From an uncultured Chloroflexia bacterium (GTDB lineage: Bacteria > Chloroflexota > Anaerolineae > Anaerolineales > Anaerolineaceae): a stretch of 32,000 nucleotides of DNA. Under the pieces are notes generated by a model that saw only the letters and a program-made list of their open reading frames with translations, had not been told where the DNA came from and did no database searches. Within the stretch, counting starts at the first letter, position 1. Each line of letters starts with the position of its first letter. The DNA is taken from NCBI GenBank assembly GCA_963704755.1, contig OY969938.1, forward strand, positions 510,001 through 542,000, read 5' to 3'. A program made the position numbers and the translations under genes. This document shows positions 8,638 through 18,406 of this stretch, piece after piece.

Positions 8638-9355
8638 ATGGGTCTTTTCTATGGTGGTTTCGCTGGATACGGATTGTACTTGCTCTTTTCCCTGCCAGCT
8701 TTACTCTTTGGTTTGTGGGCGCAATCCAAGGTGCAAGGGGCTTTCAAGAAGTATTCGAAAGTCCGAACCTATACCGGCCTGACCGGGGCCCAGGTCGCCA
8801 GGCGGATGCTCGGATTCACGTGGATTGAACGACGTACGCGTCGAACAAACAACCGGTTATTTGAGTGACCATTACGATCCGCGCAGCCGCGTGCTCAATT
8901 TGAGCCCGCAGGTTTACCAGACCAATAGCCTGGCTGCTGCCGGCGTGGCCGCCCATGAAGCCGGGCATGCTTTGCAACATGCAGAGGGTTACGCTGCGCT
9001 GCAATGGCGGACCGCCATGGTCCCCACCGTGCAAATTGGCAGTTGGCTGGGGCCGATCATCTTCATTGTCGGTTTCCTATTCCAATCGACCATCGGAACG
9101 ACAATCGCCTGGGCCGGAGTAGGACTGTTCGGCCTGACCGCCCTGTTTGCCCTGGTCACCCTCCCGGTCGAGTACGACGCTTCCCGGCGGGCGAAAGCCT
9201 GGTTGTCAACCTCGGGTGTGGTTTATAATGAGGAGATGACCGGGATCAACGGTGTCCTGGATGCAGCCGCCCTGACCTATGTCGCCGCAGCGATCCAGGC
9301 GATCACCACCATCTTGTATTATGTTTTTCTGCTGGGTGGCCGGCGCCGCAACTAA
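8638..9355 (+). pseudogene. YugP-type putative neutral zinc metallopeptidase with a +1 frameshift
   Basis: ATG 8638 with AAGGAG 10 nt upstream. Frame A reads MGLFYGG...GAQVARRML to 8811. The family-typical continuation DSRGLNDVRVEQTTGYLSDHYDPRSRVLNLS...AAHEAGHALQH is in the +1 frame from 8813. One extra G at 8812/8813 explains the shift. Confidence 0.85.
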
Positions 9356-9387
9356 ATCCAATTTCATTCGAAAATAAGGCTCATCCG

Positions 9388-9424
9388 AACCCGCTTCGGG
9401 AATAAATACGAAGCGGGTTTTTTA
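9388..9424 (+). terminator. Rho-independent terminator
   Basis: AACCCGCTTCG-(10 nt)-CGAAGCGGGTT followed by TTTTTT, 33 nt after the peptidase stop. Confidence 0.7.
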
Positions 9425-9649
9425 TGGAAACAGCCCGGTTTAACCGGTAATTCCTCGAATTTATCGTGTGTCCTTGGCCGGCGACCGGAACCAGTTTAAA
9501 TTCGGGTTTTTCTTTTTCAGGACAATGTAGTTACAATATACTTTTCTTTACGGGTATTGTACAATTAAGGAAGCTGCACCGCCGGAAAATTTTTGATTGC
9601 TCAGGCAATCATCTCCTACGGCTAACACAATATCAGGTTTCGAGGTCAA

Positions 9650-10270
9650 ATGAATTCCAAAACAGTTCCCGATATCGTCATCAGCCGCTTGCCACGCTAT
9701 ATGCAGGCGCTTGAGCAGATGCAAAAAGACGGCATTCACACCACATCATCCCAGGACCTAGGGGGAAGCATTGGAATTTCGGCAGCACAGATACGCAAGG
9801 ATCTTTCCCAGTTCGGCGGATTTGGCAAACAGGGTACCGGTTATTCCATCAATTTTCTCATTGATCAGATCCAGGCCATTCTGCACCTGAACCGCACCTG
9901 GGACCTGGCCCTGGTAGGCCTGGGAGGGCTGGGGAATGCCCTGGCGCGTTACCAGGGCTTTGCAAACCGCGGTTTTCGAATCGTTCTGGCCTTCGACAGC
10001 GACCCGGCCAAAATCGGCAAAAAAATCGGCGATTTAACCATCCAGGCCGACAGCCTGATTCAGGAAGAAATACCTCGTCTGGGTGTCAAAATCGCCATGC
10101 TCACCGTACCGGCCAGGGCAGCCCAGGATACTGCTGAATTGCTGGTCAAAGCCGGCGTCTGCGCCATCTTGAATTACGCGCCGGTCAGCTTGAATTTACC
10201 GGAAGAAATCCACGTCGAAAATATCGACCCGATCGTCAAGCTTCAGCACATGACGTTTTATCTGGAATAG
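9650..10270 (+). CDS. rex: Redox-sensing transcriptional repressor Rex
   Basis: SRLPRYMQALEQM...ISSQDLG...ISAAQIRKDLSQFGGFGKQGTGY is a winged-helix domain. It is followed by the Rossmann motif LVGLGGLGNAL. Confidence 0.9.
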   Translation: MNSKTVPDIVISRLPRYMQALEQMQKDGIHTTSSQDLGGSIGISAAQIRKDLSQFGGFGKQGTGYSINFLIDQIQAILHLNRTWDLALVGLGGLGNALARYQGFANRGFRIVLAFDSDPAKIGKKIGDLTIQADSLIQEEIPRLGVKIAMLTVPARAAQDTAELLVKAGVCAILNYAPVSLNLPEEIHVENIDPIVKLQHMTFYLE

Positions 10271-10464
10271 TCACTTCGCAGTTTACGGAAAAGAAACGGG
10301 TGTTTTTATATTTTTTTTCTGGCTTCACCTGCAAAAAATTATAGAAACACCCTGGCTTACTTTACCGGCCTGGGCAGTTACAAATTTCGAGAGTATTCTC
10401 TGGGAAAGCTAGAATTGGCAGGCATCTTGCGGGCAAGGCCCACAAAATGCCTGCCGATTGATTA

Positions 10465-11472
10465 CTAAATTCGGACGAAACTCCGGCGTAAGACTTCGCG
10501 CATGCTCAAGGCGCGGCTGGCACCCTCGGCCGTGCAGGTCATCGGGTTATCCACCAGATAGGCCGGGATACCCAGGGTTTTCGTCAAATATTTATCGATC
10601 CCGCGGATTAATGCACCGCCGCCGCACAGGGCTGCCCCGCGATCGATGATATCCGAGATCAATTCCGGCGGGGTCTTTTCCAACACCCTTTTCACCATCT
10701 GAACGATCTCATTCAATGGCTCCTGAGCCGCCTCGACGATATCATCTGTGGTCAGCGTGACCGGCCGCGGCAGTCCGCTGACCTGATCCTGGCCCTGGAC
10801 TTCCATGGTCAATTGGGTGTCCTGAGGAATCGCTGCACCGATGCGGATCTTCAATTGTTCCGCGGTTGGCTGGCCAATGATGATGCCGTACTTTTTGCGC
10901 ACGTAACCGATGATCGCATCGTCGATGTGCTGGCCGCCCGTGCGAGAGGTTTCGGCCGAGACAATCTCGTTCATCGCCAGGATCGCGACCTGGTTCGTGC
11001 CGCCTCCAAGCGAGATGATCATGTTGCCCGAGGGGGTATGGATTGGCAGGTCGATCCCCAGCGCAGCGGCCAGAGGCTGCTGCAACAAAACCACGTCACG
11101 GCTGCCAGAACCCAGGCCCACTTCGTGGACTGCGCGGGTTTCGACGCTGGTAATTCCATAAGGGATGGTCAACACCAGGGTCGGCCGGAAGATAAACATC
11201 GGTCCGCAAATCCGCTTGACCAGGTATTGCAGCAAGTTTTCGGTAATCTCGAACTCAGCAATAACCCCGTGTTGAAGCGGCCGGACCACCTCTATACTTT
11301 CAGAGACCCGCCCGAGCATATCCCGGGCAGCCTGGCCCCATTCGACCATTTTTTGCTCTTCAACGACAATGGCGACGACGGTAGGTTCCTGTAACACAAT
11401 CTGGTTCCCCTCCGTAATGACCGTGTTCATGGTACCCAGGTCGATACCGAGTTCTCTCGTAAACACTGGCAT
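10465..11472 (-). CDS. mreB: Rod shape-determining protein MreB
   Basis: Actin-fold motifs: LGIDLGTMNTV, ISLGGGTNQVA, GGQHIDDAIIGYVRKKY, LCGGGALIRGIDKYL. Confidence 0.9.
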   Translation of the reverse strand: MPVFTRELGIDLGTMNTVITEGNQIVLQEPTVVAIVVEEQKMVEWGQAARDMLGRVSESIEVVRPLQHGVIAEFEITENLLQYLVKRICGPMFIFRPTLVLTIPYGITSVETRAVHEVGLGSGSRDVVLLQQPLAAALGIDLPIHTPSGNMIISLGGGTNQVAILAMNEIVSAETSRTGGQHIDDAIIGYVRKKYGIIIGQPTAEQLKIRIGAAIPQDTQLTMEVQGQDQVSGLPRPVTLTTDDIVEAAQEPLNEIVQMVKRVLEKTPPELISDIIDRGAALCGGGALIRGIDKYLTKTLGIPAYLVDNPMTCTAEGASRALSMREVLRRSFVRI

Positions 11473-11552
11473 GAGGCTGTAATTCCTTCCTGGAATGTTC
11501 TTTCGAAAGATAATACCAAAATGTAATTACTCAGCCGGATGGGTAAAGACTT

Positions 11553-11604
11553 CGAATTGGATATATTTGTAGAGGGATAAGCCCCCACAAATATATCCAA
11601 TTCG
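11553..11604. repeat. Palindromic hairpin repeat, family member A
   Basis: CGAATTGGATATATTTGT-(16 nt)-ACAAATATATCCAATTCG, 18-bp perfect arms, followed by GGG. Intergenic between mreB and ruvA. Confidence 0.7.
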
Positions 11605-11737
11605 GGGCTTTCTGCTAAAAACCCGAGTAATCACACCAAAATAAAGGTATCAATAATTATACCTTGAACGGAACTATGCAGGCTCGCAAGAAAATCTCCT
11701 GAAGGGAGATATTTCTTGTGCATACATCTGGACCATT

Positions 11738-12316
11738 TTAGCGTGAAAAGAACTGCAGAGCGATCCGCAGTCTTTCCTCAACCTCGTTGGGAGTGTCCCG
11801 TGGAATGGATTGGATGGCGGTTTGCGCTTCGACCAGGCTGTAGCCCAGGGCGGTTAATGCGTCCATCACTTCCTGGTCGACGCTGTCGAACCCGGCCGCG
11901 GCGGAGAAATCGCCCGGTTCACCCAGCTTGCCCTGCAAATGGAGCAGGATCTTGGGGGCAGTTTTCTTGCCGATGCCCGGTACCCGGGCGAAAATCTCGG
12001 GCTGTTCGCCTAAGACGGCCCGGCGGATCGCATCCACCGACAGGCTGGAGAGAATTTGCAGAGCCGAGCGCGGACCGATCCCATTGACCCCCAAGAGCAG
12101 ATTGAAATAATCGCGCTCCTGTTCCGATTCGAAACCAAACAAAGACCAGGACTCCTCCCGGACGATGAACGCGGTGTGCAGGAAGACTTTTTCGCCGGGT
12201 ACGCTTTGCCTGGCCGTGGCGGCGGTTACAAAGACCTTTACTCCCAACCCCGCCAGGTTGATCACAACGTGATCCGCCCCCTGATGGACAATTTCACCCT
12301 GGATCTGAACGATCAT
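11738..12316 (-). CDS. ruvA: Holliday junction branch-migration protein RuvA
   Basis: 192 aa. OB-fold N-terminus, HhH motifs (LLGVNGIGPRSAL, VPGIGKKTA) and the C-terminal domain III. Confidence 0.9.
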   Translation of the reverse strand: MIVQIQGEIVHQGADHVVINLAGLGVKVFVTAATARQSVPGEKVFLHTAFIVREESWSLFGFESEQERDYFNLLLGVNGIGPRSALQILSSLSVDAIRRAVLGEQPEIFARVPGIGKKTAPKILLHLQGKLGEPGDFSAAAGFDSVDQEVMDALTALGYSLVEAQTAIQSIPRDTPNEVEERLRIALQFFSR

Positions 12317-12351
12317 AATTGTATCCTCCCCGTCGACTTTTTTTCGGGCTG

Positions 12352-13152
12352 CTACGCGCGCCGGTCACGCTGATGATTATAGACTTCAAATGCCACCAGC
12401 GCGGTGGCGATGGCCAGGTTTAACGAATCGCCCGTCCCGCGCATGGGGATAGATACGACCTGGTCGCAGATTTGCAAATGATCGTCCTGTAATCCCTGGC
12501 GTTCACTGCCCATTAATATCACCAGTTGCTGGGGATAGTCAGCGTAATGGTAGTCCTGCTCGGCCCTATCCGAGGTGCCAACCACCGCGATGTGTTCACG
12601 TTTCTTCCAGCGGCTAAATTCGGCAAAACTGGCCTTGACCAGGCCGCATGAGAAAAGCGCACCCATGCTGGCCCGCACCGCCGAAGGATCGAATGGATCG
12701 GTGGATTGGTCCAAAAGAATGATCCCCTTGGCCCCCACGGCATCGCAGGTGCGGATTATGGTACCCAGGTTGCCGGGGTCTGCTACCGAATCCAGCGCAA
12801 TCCACACATCGCCCGGCTGCACGGTGACGGCATCCAGCTCTTGCCAGCGCTGCTGTACGATGGCGCCCAACCCTTGCGGCCCATCTTTCAGCGAAAGGCT
12901 GTCGAAAACCTCCCCGGAGACTTCCAGCACCGAACCGCCGCTATCTGCAAAGGATTGCACCGTCTGCTGGCCGAACAGGCTGGTCATACGCTCCGGCGAG
13001 TAGACCAGCACTTCAACTTGCCAGCCACCGGCGATCGCATCACCGACAATGCGCAGGCCTTCGATGAAGAATTTCCCGCTCTGTCGGCGCTCTTTTTTAT
13101 CACGCAGCTTGCGGATGAGTTTGACCGTGGGGTTGGCCGTACTGGTGATCAT
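12352..13152 (-). CDS. TrmH/SpoU-family RNA 2'-O-methyltransferase
   Basis: SpoU substrate-binding N-domain ([10 protein letters not shown]...FFIEG) and SPOUT core ([33 protein letters not shown]). I prefer ATG 13152, which overlaps the ruvC stop as ATGA, over the longer ORF starting at 13191. Confidence 0.85.
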   Translation of the reverse strand: MITSTANPTVKLIRKLRDKKERRQSGKFFIEGLRIVGDAIAGGWQVEVLVYSPERMTSLFGQQTVQSFADSGGSVLEVSGEVFDSLSLKDGPQGLGAIVQQRWQELDAVTVQPGDVWIALDSVADPGNLGTIIRTCDAVGAKGIILLDQSTDPFDPSAVRASMGALFSCGLVKASFAEFSRWKKREHIAVVGTSDRAEQDYHYADYPQQLVILMGSERQGLQDDHLQICDQVVSIPMRGTGDSLNLAIATALVAFEVYNHQRDRRA

Positions 13153-13637
13153 TGCATTAACTGGTTGATCCGGTCGGTGTGAAGATGGCAAATGGCAATG
13201 GCCAGTGCATCGGCAGCGTCATCTGGCCGGGGTATATCGTTCAAATTTAAAATGGCTTTGACCATCTGCTGCACCTGGTTTTTGTCCGCCCCGCCGTAAC
13301 CCACCACAGCCTGCTTCACCTGCAGCGGAGTATACTCGCTGACCGGGATACCGGCCTGAGCCAGTGCCAGAATTGCCACGCCACGGGCCTGACCAACCGA
13401 GATGGCCGTGGTCACATTCCGTTGAAAAAAAAGCTTCTCCACCGCACTGGTTTGAGGGCGGTGGAGAGCGATTATTTGGGTCAATTGCTCGTGCAGGCTG
13501 AGCAGCCGTTTTTCCGGCAACTCACCGGCCGGGGTGGTGACGGCACCATACGCGACCAGCTCGATGCCAGTATCCGTATTCCGGATAATTCCATAACCGG
13601 TGATCGCGGTTCCCGGATCGATGCCGAGGACCAACAT
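13149..13637 (-). CDS. ruvC: Crossover junction endodeoxyribonuclease RuvC
   Basis: [23 protein letters not shown] and [12 protein letters not shown] match the RNase H-fold catalytic motifs of RuvC. Confidence 0.9.
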   Translation of the reverse strand: MLVLGIDPGTAITGYGIIRNTDTGIELVAYGAVTTPAGELPEKRLLSLHEQLTQIIALHRPQTSAVEKLFFQRNVTTAISVGQARGVAILALAQAGIPVSEYTPLQVKQAVVGYGGADKNQVQQMVKAILNLNDIPRPDDAADALAIAICHLHTDRINQLMQ

Positions 13638-13639
13638 GG

Positions 13640-14395
13640 CTACTCTTCTTCCAGAGCGGCCAGTGCCTCCTCGGAGATGCGCATGTTGTGATAAACATTC
13701 TGCACATCATCCAGCTCTTCCAGGTCTTCGATGAACCGCAGTACCTGCAGGGTATCATCCGTGCCCAGTTCCATTTCCTGGTTCGGGACCATGCGCAGTC
13801 CACCTTCGTCTGGGCTGTATTTGGCATCGTTCAACGCGTCGGATAAGGTTTTGAAGGACTCAACGGGTCCGACGATCTCGATCAATTCGTCTTCGTAGTT
13901 GACATCGTCAGCCCCGGCCATAACGGCGACCTCGAACAAGGGCTCCATGTCCTCTTCCTTGCCGGGGATGTCAAAATAACATACGCGCTTGAACTGCCAG
14001 GCGACCGAACCGGCCTCCCCCAGGCTGCCGCCCGACCGGGTCAAAATATGGCGGATTTCCGCCACGGTCCGGTTGCGGTTTTCGGTCACACATTCGATCA
14101 TCATGGCTACCCCATTCGGGCCATAGCCTTCGTAAAAGACCTCTTCAAACACTACCCCGTCTTTGCTTTCGCCCGAACCACGTTTGATGGCGCGTTCAAT
14201 GTTCTCTTTGGGCATGTTCTGGGCACGCGCTTTATCAACTGCAAGCCTTAAGCGGAAATTTGAATCAGGGTCTCCACCCCCTTCGCGTGCAGCCATCACA
14301 ATTTCGCGAGTTAAGCGGGTGAACACTTGACCCCGTTTGGCATCGGCTGCACCTTTCTTGCGTTTGATCGTTGCCCATTTGGAATGTCCAGACAT
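13640..14395 (-). CDS. YebC/PmpR-family DNA-binding transcriptional regulator
   Basis: [28 protein letters not shown] is a near-invariant family N-terminus. 251 aa. Confidence 0.95.
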   Translation of the reverse strand: MSGHSKWATIKRKKGAADAKRGQVFTRLTREIVMAAREGGGDPDSNFRLRLAVDKARAQNMPKENIERAIKRGSGESKDGVVFEEVFYEGYGPNGVAMMIECVTENRNRTVAEIRHILTRSGGSLGEAGSVAWQFKRVCYFDIPGKEEDMEPLFEVAVMAGADDVNYEDELIEIVGPVESFKTLSDALNDAKYSPDEGGLRMVPNQEMELGTDDTLQVLRFIEDLEELDDVQNVYHNMRISEEALAALEEE

Positions 14396-14681
14396 ACCTT
14401 TTTCTCCTTATTTCACCTGAACGGTGTAGCTGACTAATTGTAGCGCAATTATACCACCGGGGCCATTTTCTGAAGGCGCGCTATACGGTCAACCCGGTAA
14501 CAGGATCGGCCTGCGGACACAGCCATAAACCGCAATTTTCCTTCCCTGGCACAAGCAGCTTACAACCAGTTTACAAGGGCTGTAAATCCATTGTCAATAA
14601 ACCAAAATAAAACTATATTAGTATAGTAATCCGATCAATAATTTACCAATAACAAACCAAGATACTATCCGGCATTTACCA

Positions 14682-15353
14682 ATGATGATCAAGAAGAACC
14701 CCCTCTCCCCACTATCTGTCCTCTTTTTTTTACTGGTTTCGGCTGTCTATTCTTTCTCTCCAGTCGCCATCCCGGTTACAGGAACTGCCTCGGGCATTTA
14801 CCAGCCCGTTGGCCGGGCAGATAATTCCCTGACCCAGTTGATCGACCAGGTCTCCACTTCACAAGACGCCAACCTGGTCACCGGAATCTTCCAATATAAA
14901 AATATCCAGGCCGCTGTCGTCCAACAGCCGGCCGGCCAACCCGCTTACGTCTCCACTAACAACGACCAGGTCACCCAATTTGGGATGGCCGCCAAATATG
15001 GCACTACCGCCCTGTTAGCCCACAATTACCTGGAAGGGCAGGCTTTCTTCAACGTCGCCGCCGGTGACAAAATCACGCTGATCTACGGCGATGGACATAC
15101 CCAGAATTACAAAGTAACCGCGATCAAACAATACCAGGCCCTGAGCCCCACCAGTACTTACTCTAAATTCATCGACCTGGATGATCCTTCCGGCACAACC
15201 CTGACCAGCACCGATCTCTTCAACGACATCTACACCGTAAGCGGACGCCTGGTCCTGCAAACCTGCATTGAAAAAGATGGCCAGTCCTCCTGGGGCCGTC
15301 TCTTCATCATCGCTGAACCGGTCACAGCCGCCAACACTGTCGCCATGAATTAA
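14682..15353 (+). CDS. Secreted sortase-fold protein (His...Cys...Arg pattern)
   Basis: N-terminal signal/anchor (LSVLFFLLVSAVYSF). LLAHNY (His), LVLQTCIEK (TLxTC-like Cys) and GRLFIIAEP (Arg) occur in sortase order. Divergent, so the call is tentative. Confidence 0.55.
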   Translation: MMIKKNPLSPLSVLFFLLVSAVYSFSPVAIPVTGTASGIYQPVGRADNSLTQLIDQVSTSQDANLVTGIFQYKNIQAAVVQQPAGQPAYVSTNNDQVTQFGMAAKYGTTALLAHNYLEGQAFFNVAAGDKITLIYGDGHTQNYKVTAIKQYQALSPTSTYSKFIDLDDPSGTTLTSTDLFNDIYTVSGRLVLQTCIEKDGQSSWGRLFIIAEPVTAANTVAMN

Positions 15354-15374
15354 TCACCTTAGCGGTAACGCTGT

Positions 15375-15415
15375 ACAGAAAAAGGAGCGCTAAATCGCTC
15401 CTTTTTCTGTTTACA
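15375..15415. terminator. Bidirectional rho-independent terminator
   Basis: ACAGAAAAAGGAGCG-CTAAAT-CGCTCCTTTTTCTGT. A GC stem is flanked by an A-tract and a T-tract, between the convergent sortase-fold genes. Confidence 0.7.
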
Positions 15416-15446
15416 TGGATTACTTCAGCCCATTGGAGAGGAATTT

Positions 15447-15497
15447 CGAATTTGAGGTGTTCGCATTGGCATAACCGCCGCGAACACCCCAAATTCG
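15447..15497. repeat. Palindromic hairpin repeat, family member B
   Basis: CGAATTTGAGGTGTTCGC-(15 nt)-GCGAACACCCCAAATTCG, 17 of 18 positions paired, followed by GGG. Confidence 0.7.
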
Positions 15498-15510
15498 GGG
15501 TCTCAATAGG

Positions 15511-16326
15511 TTAATTTTGAACCGCGCCGCCTAGCAGGATAGCGTCTCCCACCGGTTTAGCCACAACAATCAAGCGGTGCGTGTTCGAAGTTGCCGGCCA
15601 GCAGGTGACCAGGGTGATCCGTTCGTCGGTGGAAGGCAGGATCCAACGGGCATTATTCAGCCGGGTCTGGACATCCATATCCCGCTCAGGCAAGATCATC
15701 ACGTTGACCACTTCATAGTTGTACTTTATCTGCCCGCCAATCAAGGTGATGATTTGGCCGGGTTGCAACAGGTGTAAGTTCTCGAAAACTTTCCCCTCTA
15801 TATTGTGATGCCCGTTGAGCACCGTGTTTCCCGGCTGGCCTAGCACGGCCGAATTCGTCTGCCAGCCCACGGCGAACTTGTTGGGGGCCTGCCACTGGTC
15901 ATACACCTGCCCACCGATCTTAGCCGTCGACGGCTTCGAGGGAACAATCGGTGCATCCAGGTTGATCGCCGAAATGACGATCCGGTCCGGGGTCACCTCG
16001 ACCCGTGTAGGTGTGGGCTGCGGCGCGGCCGGGGTAGCCTGTGACTCCGGGGTCCCCGCGGCCGGTTCGGCCGTAACCACGAGCGTCGGGGCCAGATCCG
16101 GCGTGACCGATGTAACGATGGTCGGCGCCTTCGTCCCATCCTGATAAGAATCGACCGGCACGACCATCGGAGCAAAGCCCTGGGCCGGAAGCTGCTGGTC
16201 CCACTGAACAAAATCGGTAATGGACTTACCGAACAAATTAAGCACTGACCCCAGCGTTCCCAAAACGCCGAACAAGAGCACTGCGGCCCCTACGATGATA
16301 AATATTGTCGTTGGTTTATGTTTCAC
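15511..16326 (-). CDS. Sortase family protein (membrane-anchored)
   Basis: N-terminal TM segment and a Pro/Thr-rich linker. NTVLNGHHN (His), ITLVTCWP (Cys) and HRLIVVAKP (Arg). Confidence 0.8.
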   Translation of the reverse strand: MKHKPTTIFIIVGAAVLLFGVLGTLGSVLNLFGKSITDFVQWDQQLPAQGFAPMVVPVDSYQDGTKAPTIVTSVTPDLAPTLVVTAEPAAGTPESQATPAAPQPTPTRVEVTPDRIVISAINLDAPIVPSKPSTAKIGGQVYDQWQAPNKFAVGWQTNSAVLGQPGNTVLNGHHNIEGKVFENLHLLQPGQIITLIGGQIKYNYEVVNVMILPERDMDVQTRLNNARWILPSTDERITLVTCWPATSNTHRLIVVAKPVGDAILLGGAVQN

Positions 16327-16364
16327 GAAAAGCCTCTACCTGTAATTTTACCCGGACGGTCTCT

Positions 16365-16413
16365 TTAACGAATATGTTTGCAGAGGTCGAGCCTCTGCAA
16401 ACATATTCGTTAA
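16365..16413. repeat. Palindromic hairpin repeat, family member G
   Basis: TTAACGAATATGTTTGCAGAGG-TCGAG-CCTCTGCAAACATATTCGTTAA, 22-bp perfect arms. Lies between the response regulator stop and the sortase start. Confidence 0.7.
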
Positions 16414-16447
16414 GAGAAAAGTTACCGTGGATTATGCGACTGCGCTC

Positions 16448-17200
16448 TCAAGATTCGCCGGTGAACAACTTGTACCCTAGCCGGTCGATATTGACGATCA
16501 AATCGCCCAATTCGTTGTCCACTTCCTGGAATTTCTGGCGCAGTAAATAAATAAGATATTTGATTCGCTGGCGCGCCTGGGGAAAATCTTTGCCCCAAAC
16601 CGTCTGGGCGATCTTCTGGTAATGAACGATCTCCGGGGCGTGCTTGGCCAACGCCAACAGCACCCCAAATTCCTTGCCGGTGAGCTGGATTTTAGCATTT
16701 TTCAAGCGCACTTCACGGGTCTGAGTATCGATGGCCAGCCCAATCTGCGGATAGACGTAACGGCTGGTATCGCGGGCGGAACGTGAACGCCGCAGGACCG
16801 CATTGACCCGTGCAATTACTTCGGCCTTATAGAACGGTTTGGTCATGTAATCGTCTGCGCCGCGCTGCAAGCAGCTCACGATATTTTCTTTGTTCGCCAG
16901 GGCGGTCAACACAATAACCGGAGTGCTGGTTACCTGGCGCAGCCGGTCGATCGTTTCCCAACCGTCCATATCCGGCATCATCAGGTCCAACACGACCAGG
17001 TCCGGGAAGCTCAGATTGACCTTACTCAGCGCTTCCTTCCCGTTGGTAGCGCTCAATACATCGAAACCGGCATGACGCAAAATCTGCTTGAGCAAAAAGG
17101 CCGTATCCTGGTCGTCTTCCACTACCAGGATGCGAGGTCTTTCACTGGCATAAAATTCGTCAAGGTCGGCTCCAACGCTATCGATTACATTTGCTTCCAT
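16448..17200 (-). CDS. OmpR/PhoB-type response regulator
   Basis: ATG at 17200 with AGGAGG upstream (MEANVID...). Receiver domain (ILVVEDD, VVLDLMMPDMDG, KPF) plus a winged-helix C-terminus (LTGKEFGVLLALA, YLIYLLRQK). No histidine kinase is adjacent. Confidence 0.9.
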   Translation of the reverse strand: MEANVIDSVGADLDEFYASERPRILVVEDDQDTAFLLKQILRHAGFDVLSATNGKEALSKVNLSFPDLVVLDLMMPDMDGWETIDRLRQVTSTPVIVLTALANKENIVSCLQRGADDYMTKPFYKAEVIARVNAVLRRSRSARDTSRYVYPQIGLAIDTQTREVRLKNAKIQLTGKEFGVLLALAKHAPEIVHYQKIAQTVWGKDFPQARQRIKYLIYLLRQKFQEVDNELGDLIVNIDRLGYKLFTGES

Positions 17201-17216
17201 GTCGCTTTCCTCCTGA

Positions 17217-17242
17217 ATAAAAAAACCGGCCCAGGCCGGTTT
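17217..17242 (-). terminator. Rho-independent terminator or attenuator
   Basis: The minus strand reads AAACCGGCCTGGGCCGGTTTTTTTATT. It lies about 200 nt downstream of the FAH gene and 17 nt upstream of the response regulator start. Confidence 0.5.
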
Positions 17243-17450
17243 CGCTATTGGCTCCCTGAATACTTTTCCACACCCCCGTGGAGAAAGCGACCAAATTAAG
17301 CATCCAGATCGTCGCCGCCTTGATATTGAAGCTATTTTGTTGTTATTTCCCCCAAAAACAGGGGATAAAGCTGGCATCCTTTATTTATTATAGTGACCCG
17401 TAAACGGTTTGTCAATGCTAACCATACAGCAAACCATTTTTACAAATTTT

Positions 17451-18227
17451 TCAAACCCGGTTGACGTCGTTCACCACCGGGTTGACCAGTTCGCCAATAC
17501 CCTCGATGGACACCGAAACGGTATCCCCATTCGCCAGGGGGCCAATCCCGGCTGGTGTGCCGGTCAGGATCACATCCCCGGGCAGTAAGGTCATGACCGA
17601 GGAAATATAGGCGATCAACTGCTGGATCGAAAAGACCATATCGCGGGTGGAGGCCATCTGGCGGATGTTGTCGTTTACCCGGGTGGTGATCAAGATATCG
17701 TAGGGATCCAACTCGGTCTCGATCCAGGGACCCATCGGGCAGAAAGTGTCGAAGCCTTTGCCGCGCGTCCACTGGCCATCCCGGCGCTGCAAATCGCGAG
17801 CGGTCACGTCGTTGGCAATGGTATAGCCAAAGACGTAATCGGCCGATTCGTCCGCGCCGATCCAGCGCCCGGTTTTACCGATGACCACCGCCAGTTCGCC
17901 TTCATGCTCCACCTGGTTCGACTGCGGCGGCAGGACGATCCGCTCTTTCTGCCCGATCAAAGCCGAGTTCGGCTTCAAGAAAATCAAGGGGATCTCGGGC
18001 ACTTCGACGTTTTGCTCTTTGGCATGCTCGACGTAATTCCGGCCAATGCAGATAATTTTGCTCGGCACAACCGGGGCAAGCAGCTTGACCGAGCTCAAGG
18101 GCAGCTCGACTTCCTGGCGGCGATAGTCGCCAAACAAATCCCCCTCGATCGGGCCGACCTGGTCCTCGTAAACCCAGCCAAAGCTGGGCTTCTCCTGTCC
18201 GCGCTGGTAACGAACGAATCTCATCAC
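17451..18227 (-). CDS. Fumarylacetoacetate hydrolase (FAH) family protein
   Basis: KIICIGRNYVEHAKE, HEGELAVVIGK, TIANDVTARD and PGDVILTGTPAG are typical FAH-family motifs. Confidence 0.9.
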   Translation of the reverse strand: MMRFVRYQRGQEKPSFGWVYEDQVGPIEGDLFGDYRRQEVELPLSSVKLLAPVVPSKIICIGRNYVEHAKEQNVEVPEIPLIFLKPNSALIGQKERIVLPPQSNQVEHEGELAVVIGKTGRWIGADESADYVFGYTIANDVTARDLQRRDGQWTRGKGFDTFCPMGPWIETELDPYDILITTRVNDNIRQMASTRDMVFSIQQLIAYISSVMTLLPGDVILTGTPAGIGPLANGDTVSVSIEGIGELVNPVVNDVNRV

Positions 18228-18267
18228 AACTCCCTAGATCAAATTATTTAATTTTACCGTAAATATT

Positions 18268-18320
18268 CTTTGGAAGGTTTGTCACTAGCAGCAACGCTGC
18301 CTGTGACAAACCTTCCAAAG
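18268..18320. repeat. Palindromic hairpin with nested inner hairpin
   Basis: CTTTGGAAGGTTTGTCAC-(17 nt)-GTGACAAACCTTCCAAAG, 18-bp perfect arms. The loop contains GCAGC-AAC-GCTGC. Lies between the FAH start and tRNA-Val. Confidence 0.65.
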
Positions 18321-18366
18321 CTTCCTGTTTGTAAGAAACAAAACCCACTAATTAATGTGAGCAAGT

Positions 18367-18396
18367 TTAACACAGTTTCAAAAATCCGATTATAAT
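18367..18396 (+). promoter_or_regulatory. Candidate sigma-70 promoter of tRNA-Val
   Basis: TTAACA (18367-18372), an 18-nt spacer, then TATAAT (18391-18396), 10 nt before the mature tRNA 5' end. Confidence 0.5.
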
Positions 18397-18406
18397 TCCC
18401 CGTACC

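Noticed and set aside
9530-9575. Rex operator upstream of rex (TTGTACAA and ACAATGTAGTTACAAT palindromes)
   Set aside because: They do not match the TTGTGAA-N4-TTCACAA Rex box well enough to call.
17201-17377. 59-aa N-terminal extension of the response regulator
   Set aside because: The extension runs across the terminator hairpin (17217-17242) and has no family similarity. ATG 17200 has a strong AGGAGG upstream.
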